Shown here: positions 49,141-57,512 of the stretch, one piece after another | Position numbering within the stretch: the stretch's first letter is position 1 | Layout of the letters: every line of letters begins with the position of its first letter | From: a virus | Length of the DNA stretch: 64,000 nt | Strand: one strand, 5' to 3' | IMG/VR virus record: IMGVR_UViG_3300009164_000001 | Coordinates: 1 to 64,000 of that record | The notes under the pieces: generated by a model | The model's database searches: none | What the model was told of the DNA's origin: nothing | What the model saw: only the letters and a program-made list of their open reading frames with translations | Made by a program: the position numbers and the translations under genes

Positions 49141-49944
49141 TTAAGATACTTCTTTCAATCTTGCTTTCATTACATTAACTTGCCCAGAGTTTTTCTTGTT
49201 TTTGAAGTATGTGATTGTGTCTTTCATGTCTTCTCCAATTGTTTCGTCCCCAAAAATAATTTGGTTACCAATTTTACGAAGAACAGAAGCTTCAACCATT
49301 TCTTCAATTTCTGCTTGGATCTCAAGGTTTGGATCTTTGCAGTATTTCAAGAATCGTTCTGGGTTAGAATTTTTGTAATCATACAAGTTATTTTCTAATT
49401 CCAGTTCTGCCATTCTGTTAGGATCTGTGTTTAATAACACTCGTGCTAACACTTTCATTTTGTCAAGATCACTAGATACTTTGATAAACTCTCTATCAGC
49501 ATCTTTTCTTACTTGAACCTTTTCGTTACGTTTCAACAAATCTTTTTCTGGATCGTAAATGTAAAACCTTTTACCGGTTTGTTCTTTCATCTCCTCTTCG
49601 TTGATTGCAACTTGACGGTGTTTTAAAGCCCATTTGTAGATAATGTATTCCATTCTCTCTTCAGGTTCTCCGTCTTCATCTACAGTAATGTTCAATTCAA
49701 CCCCTTCAAATGGGACCTTAACACTAAGGCTTGCCCAAAAGTCTTTGGTTTTTTCTGGCCATTTCTCATGTCCAGGTGGTACATCAATAATTCCTTTTAG
49801 AAGTTTTGCTTCTTCTGTGTCAGTCAATCCTCTGAGTGGCTGACGGTCCACAAAAAGTGAACCTAATTTGATCTTTGCTCCTGCTCTGATCTCTTTTGGG
49901 AGGTGATTTAACACTTCCTTTCTTCTCAAAATAACTTTTCTCAT
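49141..49944 (-). CDS. conserved crAss-like protein downstream of MCP
   Basis: 267 aa; conserved position directly after MCP. Confidence 0.6.
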   Translation of the reverse strand: MRKVILRRKEVLNHLPKEIRAGAKIKLGSLFVDRQPLRGLTDTEEAKLLKGIIDVPPGHEKWPEKTKDFWASLSVKVPFEGVELNITVDEDGEPEERMEYIIYKWALKHRQVAINEEEMKEQTGKRFYIYDPEKDLLKRNEKVQVRKDADREFIKVSSDLDKMKVLARVLLNTDPNRMAELELENNLYDYKNSNPERFLKYCKDPNLEIQAEIEEMVEASVLRKIGNQIIFGDETIGEDMKDTITYFKNKKNSGQVNVMKARLKEVS

Positions 49945-50006
49945 TTTATAGTTCTTTTTTCTTTATCGTTAGGGGAAAGAATAACCTAACATGTTTTTAT
50001 ATAAGA

Positions 50007-50040
50007 TAAAAAGGAGCAGGCAGAACCTGCCCCTTTTTTA
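50007..50040 (-). terminator. rho-independent terminator after MCP
   Basis: AAAAAGG-a-GCAGG-cagaa-CCTGC-c-CCTTTTT; mismatch is G-U on the - strand. Confidence 0.8.
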
Positions 50041-50057
50041 GTGCAAACCAACACAAA

Positions 50058-51485
50058 TTACGATGCTACACATTGTAGATCTAAGCTGGTATCGAAACGA
50101 CGAAGTAAGATACCTGCAGTCTTCAACATGTGAACAGAAGCACCGTCAATATCACTTGCACGTGCATCAGTTCCAGTGAATCCTTTCGGAACAACTGAAC
50201 CTGCAACACACCAACGAAGTAACTCACGACCTTTCTTGTTGATCATTTGAAGGTTGTTTTCACCATCATAAGTAGATTGGTCAACAAATACCATACGGTA
50301 AGACTCCATAGGAAGACCAGAAACTGGATGCTTCTTAGAAGCTTGAGCAACTGGACCGTGATCAAACAAGTGAGATTTAACTACGTTCACAGAATAACCA
50401 TCAACGTGGTCATAGCTAGTGAAGTAACCAGTGATTCCCAAATTACGACCTGATCCAGTGATGAATTTAGGTTGAGTAGTTTGTAAGAATGGGCTACCAG
50501 AGTAGTATGTACGAAGAGCTTTGTCAAACTCACGAGCTCCACCGATACCAGTGTAAAGGGTAACTTGCTTGTCTGTAGCATCAGTCATACCATAGAACAA
50601 ATCTCCAATTGTTTCTTCAAGTTTAGTTTGAGTCAACGTAGAGTAAGTGTCTTTGTTGATGATTTGCTCAAGAAGACCAGGACCTGAAACAACTGGTTGG
50701 CCATTCTCATCCAACATGGTAGAAGCACCATTTGCATCGTGAGTTTTAGCTCCGTACCAGTAGTACATTTCACACTCTTCTTTGAACTTCAACATGTGAC
50801 GGTACTCTTCGTAATCCATCCACAACTTAGTTTTGCTACCTTCTTTCAAAGGAAGTTCGAATTGTGCAACATAATCTTTAGCATTTCCAGAGAAGTGGTA
50901 AGATTTACGGATAGTTCCAATCTTAGAACGAACTAAACCTGGAGCAGTCCAGTTAGAAGCATTTCCACGAGAGAAATCGATACCTACGTTAGCATACAAT
51001 TGACCCCAAAGAGCACCAGCAGCAATATCTCCACCAGCTGATGCAGACAATGCAGCAGTTTGATCAGGTGAAACACATTTCAAAGTGTATCTCCAACCAG
51101 CTCCATCAGGAACAGGCTCATCCATGATACGTGCCAACACACCTGATTGAGAAACCAATGTGTAAGGGAATACGAACCATTTGTCTGGGAAAGTTAATTG
51201 AAACGGTGCACCAGATGCTCCAGTACCGACATTAGCAATAACTGGACGAACATTAATTTCGTGTGTTTTAACACGGTACTCATACTCAAAACGATCGATA
51301 GATTTAGTGTTTCCAACACCTTCTGTTAAGAAAGACAATGGGAACTTTTTCTCTTCACGACCTGCTAAGTGAGTAATAATAGGAGATAACTCCTCTGGAC
51401 GTTCCATAAGTGCATTAACCAACGAGTTAGTGTCGGTCATTTGTGCATCGTTATAGTACGTTTTTAATACTTGCATTACTGACAT
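50058..51485 (-). CDS. major capsid protein
   Basis: 475 aa; G.GLLEQI and TG.GG..EF motifs; biased codon usage; follows the scaffold-like gene; own terminator. Confidence 0.88.
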   Translation of the reverse strand: MSVMQVLKTYYNDAQMTDTNSLVNALMERPEELSPIITHLAGREEKKFPLSFLTEGVGNTKSIDRFEYEYRVKTHEINVRPVIANVGTGASGAPFQLTFPDKWFVFPYTLVSQSGVLARIMDEPVPDGAGWRYTLKCVSPDQTAALSASAGGDIAAGALWGQLYANVGIDFSRGNASNWTAPGLVRSKIGTIRKSYHFSGNAKDYVAQFELPLKEGSKTKLWMDYEEYRHMLKFKEECEMYYWYGAKTHDANGASTMLDENGQPVVSGPGLLEQIINKDTYSTLTQTKLEETIGDLFYGMTDATDKQVTLYTGIGGAREFDKALRTYYSGSPFLQTTQPKFITGSGRNLGITGYFTSYDHVDGYSVNVVKSHLFDHGPVAQASKKHPVSGLPMESYRMVFVDQSTYDGENNLQMINKKGRELLRWCVAGSVVPKGFTGTDARASDIDGASVHMLKTAGILLRRFDTSLDLQCVAS

Positions 51486-51515
51486 GATTCTTAGTTTTTA
51501 AAGTTAATTTGCGTT

Positions 51516-52634
51516 TTATTCAAACAGCCTCTTTATATCCAGGTTATCTGGGTTAAATTTCTTATTTCCTCCTTTTTCTACTTTGCCCATGTTCTTCACA
51601 CGTTCTTGGTGTCCTTGGATTCTATCTCTTAGACCTTTAGCACTAACTGTTTTAGCTTTAGTGTTAATTATGTCTTCAAGTTTCAAACCCTTGTACATTA
51701 AGTAGTCCAAGGCTAATTTTACATCTATATTAGATTGAGCATAGTCCATATCTCTTTTTGTTTGGCCATTTTTGTTAGCTGGTGCAGAGATGTAGTCGAA
51801 GAATTTTGCTTTTTCACGATCAGGAATTCTGATACCAGCAAATTCATTTCCACTATCTATACGGCCAGCTACGTCCTCCCAAAATTCTTGTTGACGTTGT
51901 GCTTCTAATTGTTGTTGTTGACGTTGTTGTTGAACTAGTTCTCCTCTTTCTCTTTCTTGAATAGCCCCTAATTGCTTTTTAGCATGTTGGGCTTTATCGT
52001 AAAGTTTTCCAGAGTCTTCAAACTCTTCAAGCATCTCTTTGATAAACTCATTGTCATGGCCTTTGCTTTTGAAAAACTCTGCTACAATTCCTTTTTGAGT
52101 TCTTGTATCACTTGCATCAATTTCAATTCTGTTGAAATCTAATGCAGGATTGTAAGCATCGAAGAATTTTTCAGGATCCCCACCAGCCATTACAAAATCA
52201 AGATGTTTTTGTACTAGTGGGAACTGCTCAAATAATTCTTGCAGTTGTTCCTCGGCAATGTTCTGAGCAATGTCTTTTGTGAATTCAATTAAGCCTTCCT
52301 CTGTGTCTGCATATTCAGCATCCAATTCGTAGCCTAAAGCTTTTGCAATTGTATCTGCTACAGACCCAATAGAGTCGTCTTCATCTTCATCATCAAAATC
52401 ACCTTCGTCATCGTTATCGTCATTTACTGACTTATACTTTTGTCCAGGTTCATCATCAGAGTCATCATCATCAGGAAGATTTGGATCTTCATCCTCGTCC
52501 TCCTCAGGATCGTCTTCTAAATTGTCAATGTTTTTATCAGAATCCTCTTTAGGATCTGAGGGTGTCAGTCCGTCTCCTATCATGTCGTCGAAAGAGATGT
52601 CTGAGAAGTTAAGTTTTTGTTCTGGTTTACTCAT
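51516..52634 (-). CDS. acidic scaffold-like protein
   Basis: D/E-rich N-terminus and coiled-coil C-terminus; directly upstream of MCP. Confidence 0.65.
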   Translation of the reverse strand: MSKPEQKLNFSDISFDDMIGDGLTPSDPKEDSDKNIDNLEDDPEEDEDEDPNLPDDDDSDDEPGQKYKSVNDDNDDEGDFDDEDEDDSIGSVADTIAKALGYELDAEYADTEEGLIEFTKDIAQNIAEEQLQELFEQFPLVQKHLDFVMAGGDPEKFFDAYNPALDFNRIEIDASDTRTQKGIVAEFFKSKGHDNEFIKEMLEEFEDSGKLYDKAQHAKKQLGAIQERERGELVQQQRQQQQLEAQRQQEFWEDVAGRIDSGNEFAGIRIPDREKAKFFDYISAPANKNGQTKRDMDYAQSNIDVKLALDYLMYKGLKLEDIINTKAKTVSAKGLRDRIQGHQERVKNMGKVEKGGNKKFNPDNLDIKRLFE

Positions 52635-52638
52635 ATAA

Positions 52639-52646
52639 CAAAGGTA
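52639..52646 (-). promoter_or_regulatory. Bacteroidota -7 element TACCTTTG
   Basis: TAnnTTTG 4 nt upstream of the ATG at 52634. Confidence 0.6.
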
Positions 52647-52712
52647 TTGGTTTACTTTTAATCTTAAAGTATAAATTTATCTTTTATACTTTTACTTATT
52701 GTATAGCACTTG

Positions 52713-55292
52713 CTATAATTTTAGCTTAGCAAATTTTGAAGAAACTTTTGATTTAAGTCCTCCTTTTTTGAAGTAATAGTCAGCATTTACACCATTAGTA
52801 TTACCTGAGAATCTGTTAACTCCAGGGTCTTGCCAAGATTGTTCTGATCTTGGACCAGTTGTAGAGTTTGCATTAAGCATGTTTTTATTCATCCCTCCTT
52901 CTGCATATCCAGCAGAAGTTTTTCTTTTAAATGGTTCCTCTGGTTTAGGGGCTCCTTTAATAAATCCTTTCAAGCTTCTTCTAGTTTTAGTCTCAACACT
53001 GTTATAGTCTCCCTCATCGTACATGTCTTGTTTAATGACATAGTTTTGGTCACTACTTTTAGTTCTAGTGCTAAGTTCTTTAGTACGTTTTCCAGGATCT
53101 TCAAAACCACCCATAGCTTTTTTCTCCCTCTCTATTTCTTCTTGTGCTTTTTTTAATTTTGCTTTTTGTTTATCTTTTAACTGTTGCTCGTATTGTTCTT
53201 GAGCAGTTTTTTCTGTTTCCACTTGAGTCATTTCTTTTTGTAGGCTAGCATCACTTTTTGTTTTTAATCCTCTTTCACTTTCAACAATCTGAAGAGGTTC
53301 TTGCACATTAGAATATATTTTAGCTTTAGGATTATATTTTACAGATTTGCTTCCCCCTTTTGAACTAAAAAATTCATTTTCCTCTTCAGGAGTCATCCAG
53401 TCTCTAGTTAAAGTAGATCCTACTAGTTCTTGTTTAACAACATTTCCATTTTTATCACGAATTGTTTTGTGGACATAGGCAACACCTCCACCATTACCTG
53501 TTTGCTGCAGTGTATAAGATTCTTGTGGAAGTTGGCTTTCAATTTTAACAGGGGCAGATTTTGATTCAATTGGTTTCATTCCAATAGGTTCCATTGGTTC
53601 CCCAGCTGTTTCAAGAACATGGTGTTCCTGTGGGGCTGGGTAATATCCTATAGGATACCCCATTGGGTCATAATTTATATTACTATTAGCAACATTTTTA
53701 TAAAAATCATCATGCCAATTTGGTCCGTAACTACCTTTGTTAAAGTAACTTTGCACATAAACTTCTCCTGGAGTTTTACTTGGCCAAACTAGTCCACCAT
53801 TGGTAGGTTTAATTTCTTTTCCAGTAGCACTATTTACTGGTTTTTTTCTATTTTCTTTGGTTGTTGTTCCTGCAATAGCTATTTTTTTTTGAAAATCTTC
53901 TAATATTTCAGGAGGCATTACTACTGGTTTACTTCGTATCTGTGGATAAATTTTTAAATAGTTTATAAGGTCTTTTGATGCCTGGTGGGCAAATGAACTA
54001 TCTGCCTCTGCACCACTTGCTATTTGAAATTCTCTAGGATCAGTATGGTAAACAATCCTAGGGTTAGTTACAAAGTAATTAGGAGGAAAAGCTTGATTAG
54101 TAGATTTTTTAGCAGGTTCTTTCTTTTTAGATGGTCCTCCATTTTCATATTTGTATCCACCATAACGAGCTGCTTGAGGAAGACCGTAATCTTCTGTGTT
54201 TGTTTTGTTTTCTGCTACAGCATTGTGAGTAATTAGAAATCTTTTAACTGCGTCTCTTTTAGCTTGATTGTATTGTTCAAGTTCATCACCAGTAAGATCT
54301 TCAATATTTTTTCCATTTACAAATTTAGAAGATCCTGTAGGATAACCAATAGCTTGATAGAATCTTGTCATTTGCCCTTCTTCTGCACTTTCTTTATTAA
54401 AAAGCCCAGATTTACCTTTAGTTCTACCTGATTCTAAAATATCATACATTTCATCTTCAGTGTAGTTTTTTGTAGCATCTAAATTAAGGGCTTTTCTAGC
54501 AGTTTGTAGACTGGTGTAATATTCTTCTGGGTCTGCATAATAAGCTCCCATGCTTTTATCGACATCTTTGTATCCCATGCTATTTACTAAATCTGGAGTA
54601 ATAGTGTTTCCAAGTATTTCCATACCTGCAGCATGAGTGTTATTAGGAATTTGTCCAGCTATGTTTGAACCAATATGGTTAAGTTCCTCATAAGCTACAT
54701 AAGGCCTTGCTCCTTCTAGCCCTCTATAATACACAGAATTTGTATTTAAATAATCTTTTTCTCCAGCTTCATTTATTGTTTTCATGTACCCTTTTTCTAA
54801 TTTAGGAGAAGAGTAAGGATTGTTTTTTAAAGCTTCGTCTGCAGCATCTTGGATATTACCTGTTTGAATATTATCAAAAAGAGCAGGTGTAGCAGCAGTT
54901 GCTAAACTAGGTGCTTTTCCACCAAGGTAGTTTGTTTTATTATAAGCTTCTTCTGTAAAATATTGAGCTGGTGCAGAGTTCCTAAACGTATTTAAAAATA
55001 CATTTGATGTGTCTGTAAATTGTGGAAGTTGTTTTCTTTTTTCAAACCAATCATTTCCCCAAGATCTAGCTTCAGAGTCAGCTTTGTCAAAAACTTCTTT
55101 ATTAGCTTTATAATATTCTGGAAAAAATTGATCTTTTGCTGGGCCTCCTGTAGTTGTAATTGGATTTTCAGGATCTATTAAATTTTGCAGATCAAGATTT
55201 GCAGGACCACCTACAGCAAACTTACGGGTAACATTTGCTTTAAGGCTTTTTGCCTTAGCTATTGCTGTATTTTTTGATAATTTCTTAGCCAT
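52713..55292 (-). CDS. modular xxGG-repeat protein with degenerate zincin-like module
   Basis: Likely start ATG 55292 (MAKKLSK); FAVGG, ARYGG, YENGG, KAMGG, YAEGG, FKKGG; YEELNH...YYADPEE. Confidence 0.7.
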   Translation of the reverse strand: MAKKLSKNTAIAKAKSLKANVTRKFAVGGPANLDLQNLIDPENPITTTGGPAKDQFFPEYYKANKEVFDKADSEARSWGNDWFEKRKQLPQFTDTSNVFLNTFRNSAPAQYFTEEAYNKTNYLGGKAPSLATAATPALFDNIQTGNIQDAADEALKNNPYSSPKLEKGYMKTINEAGEKDYLNTNSVYYRGLEGARPYVAYEELNHIGSNIAGQIPNNTHAAGMEILGNTITPDLVNSMGYKDVDKSMGAYYADPEEYYTSLQTARKALNLDATKNYTEDEMYDILESGRTKGKSGLFNKESAEEGQMTRFYQAIGYPTGSSKFVNGKNIEDLTGDELEQYNQAKRDAVKRFLITHNAVAENKTNTEDYGLPQAARYGGYKYENGGPSKKKEPAKKSTNQAFPPNYFVTNPRIVYHTDPREFQIASGAEADSSFAHQASKDLINYLKIYPQIRSKPVVMPPEILEDFQKKIAIAGTTTKENRKKPVNSATGKEIKPTNGGLVWPSKTPGEVYVQSYFNKGSYGPNWHDDFYKNVANSNINYDPMGYPIGYYPAPQEHHVLETAGEPMEPIGMKPIESKSAPVKIESQLPQESYTLQQTGNGGGVAYVHKTIRDKNGNVVKQELVGSTLTRDWMTPEEENEFFSSKGGSKSVKYNPKAKIYSNVQEPLQIVESERGLKTKSDASLQKEMTQVETEKTAQEQYEQQLKDKQKAKLKKAQEEIEREKKAMGGFEDPGKRTKELSTRTKSSDQNYVIKQDMYDEGDYNSVETKTRRSLKGFIKGAPKPEEPFKRKTSAGYAEGGMNKNMLNANSTTGPRSEQSWQDPGVNRFSGNTNGVNADYYFKKGGLKSKVSSKFAKLKL

Positions 55293-55293
55293 G

Positions 55294-57501
55294 TTATCTT
55301 CTTTTTTTAAGTAGTTTTTTACCACCAGTAGCAAATTTAAATGATTGTTTAGCTTCGTTTTCTCTTCTTCTTTTTAATTGAATATTTTGTATGGCTGTTT
55401 CTTTTTGTTCATTTCTAAGTTTTTCAACTTCTTGAGTAGCATCATACATATCGTGATAAATCATGTGATCTGGGTCTTTATCTCTAGGATCGTAATCTAT
55501 TCTACTAGACATATCGTTATTGTCAAACTTTTTTTGATCTGCATCATTAAGCCAATCTTTAGCTAAAGATGGTCCTACTACTTTTTGAGTGTATGTTCCA
55601 TCATCATTATAGGTTCTTCCATGAATTACTCCAACTCCTGGGTTTCCACTAGGCATTAAAAAATATTCTGTTTTAGGTTTTGCAGGATAGGGGTTTGACA
55701 TTCTTGGTATATTTTGCAATTGTGGTTGCAAGTCTATTTTTGGAACAGGTAGTAATCCAGGCTCTTTCATTTTAGGTTGAGGTACTGGATTTTTTAAATC
55801 TTGAATACCTTGTTTAACACTTGCTTTATTTTTATAAGGAGTCCCACTTCCTCCGTATTGCTGAAGTCTTTTTAATTTTTCTGCATCTGAAAGGTCTTTC
55901 CACGGAGTTACTGCAAGCTTGTCATAACTAACAACTTCTGCAGCATCTCCATCTAGATATACTGTATATTTTTGAGGCAAGATTCTATCATCATATCTTG
56001 ATCTAGGAGCGTTTGGATTTAAAACTCCTGTAGTTAATTCTCTTTGCTCAAATCTGTGATTTCCTGGTGTATAATTTGTATATTCATCGTAAGACATGCT
56101 ACTATTAGGGTATCTTTTGTAATCTTCTCTAGTATTTTTAAGTTTTGTAAATATATCGTTTATATTACCAAGTGGTGGTTGTCCTTCATACAGTGTTGAA
56201 ATTTCTGCAGGGCTTAGAGATCTATATCCATCTTTTATGTAAAAATTATGTACTTCATTAGCTCTATCAGCTACATAACTTGAATCAGCTGCAGTAGCTA
56301 TGTTTGCTTTTTTAAGTGGGTCACCTTCTAGCCCTCCTGTTTCAAATTTAAAATGAGTTTTTCTTAGTTCAGGATTAGACAGCATTTCTATTGTACCTGT
56401 ACCTGTATTTGTAGGTGATGGTGAAGGCGGTGAAAAATAATCTGAAAATGTTTGACTAATTCCTGCTATTTTATTTGCTAAATCAATGTTTTTTAAAACT
56501 TTTACAGCTTTATTTCCAAGTCTTAATCCCGTTGCAACTTTTCCCCCTAAGACTGGGATAGCACTCATCATGTTTAAATAATCATCATAACTACCTTTTC
56601 CTTCTTTTACATTTTTATATCCTAAAGCAGCATCATTCCATGAAGATATTCCCGTTGGGTCAATTAATTCTATACCGTCTTCTATAGGGCTATCCCAATC
56701 TGCTGAAAGATCTCCCCCAATCCTTCCTGAAGGCATTTGTTTTGGGTAAAATTTACCGTTAGTGCTTAAACCTTTTTTTAAATAATCTATTTTAGAATTT
56801 TCTACAGTTGGGCCAGGATTTAAAAATGGGGGCCTAAATCCGGGATCTGGGTTATCTTCTCCCCATGTAGGAACTGGAGCATTTCTTTTAGCTACAATTT
56901 CAACAGTAGGTAAAGTATATGATGGAGGATCTTTTTTCATCCCCCCTACTGCATACTTTAATCCCCCAAATACATATTTTTTAGGATTTACCATTGTAAG
57001 GTCAGGGTGTTCTATTGTTGCATTGTGTGCAATAGACCCACGTTGTTCCTTAGAGAAAGGAAAGTGAGAGCTAAATTTATTATACTGGTCTTCTGTAAAC
57101 TTTTCTACAAATCCTCCTGTAGCCATTAGCACTTGCCCACCTGAAGATCCTTTTGCATTAGTTGCCATCCCAACAGGTTGTTGTTGAGTTGAATCTACTA
57201 AGTTAGGATTAGCTGGAGGTTGTGGACCTGGAAGACTTTGACCTTGAAGCCCCGGAGGTGGTCCTGCAGGAGCTTGGGGCATTTCCTGTGGAAGAGGTTG
57301 TTGCCCAGGAGGCATCATCCCAGCTTGTTGTGCAGCCATGTCAGACATTTGCTGACCTTGTTGTTGTTGCTGTTGCTGTTGGTATTCCCCAATTATATCT
57401 TTACCTTGCTCGTAAGCAGTAAACACATCCAAGATACTTCCTGGAAAGCCTGATTGACGAGCCTTAGATAAAAGCTCTCTTCGAGTTTGGTTATCCAACA
57501 T
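55294..57501 (-). CDS. modular xxGG-repeat protein with Q/P-rich N-terminus
   Basis: 735 aa; MATGG, YVFGG, YAVGG, FETGG, FATGG; poly-Q tract. Confidence 0.7.
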   Translation of the reverse strand: MLDNQTRRELLSKARQSGFPGSILDVFTAYEQGKDIIGEYQQQQQQQQGQQMSDMAAQQAGMMPPGQQPLPQEMPQAPAGPPPGLQGQSLPGPQPPANPNLVDSTQQQPVGMATNAKGSSGGQVLMATGGFVEKFTEDQYNKFSSHFPFSKEQRGSIAHNATIEHPDLTMVNPKKYVFGGLKYAVGGMKKDPPSYTLPTVEIVAKRNAPVPTWGEDNPDPGFRPPFLNPGPTVENSKIDYLKKGLSTNGKFYPKQMPSGRIGGDLSADWDSPIEDGIELIDPTGISSWNDAALGYKNVKEGKGSYDDYLNMMSAIPVLGGKVATGLRLGNKAVKVLKNIDLANKIAGISQTFSDYFSPPSPSPTNTGTGTIEMLSNPELRKTHFKFETGGLEGDPLKKANIATAADSSYVADRANEVHNFYIKDGYRSLSPAEISTLYEGQPPLGNINDIFTKLKNTREDYKRYPNSSMSYDEYTNYTPGNHRFEQRELTTGVLNPNAPRSRYDDRILPQKYTVYLDGDAAEVVSYDKLAVTPWKDLSDAEKLKRLQQYGGSGTPYKNKASVKQGIQDLKNPVPQPKMKEPGLLPVPKIDLQPQLQNIPRMSNPYPAKPKTEYFLMPSGNPGVGVIHGRTYNDDGTYTQKVVGPSLAKDWLNDADQKKFDNNDMSSRIDYDPRDKDPDHMIYHDMYDATQEVEKLRNEQKETAIQNIQLKRRRENEAKQSFKFATGGKKLLKKRR

Positions 57502-57512
57502 AATTTAAAAGT

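Noticed and set aside
49945-50057. tRNA or structured ncRNA in the larger intergenic gaps
   Set aside because: Gaps are at most about 115 nt and are explained by terminators and AT-rich leaders; no cloverleaf seen
55293-55334. N-terminal extension of the 873 aa ORF, and similar extensions at 46401, 41873 and 63190
   Set aside because: They begin at non-ATG starts that overlap upstream genes or promoter elements; the downstream ATGs fit the operon spacing better
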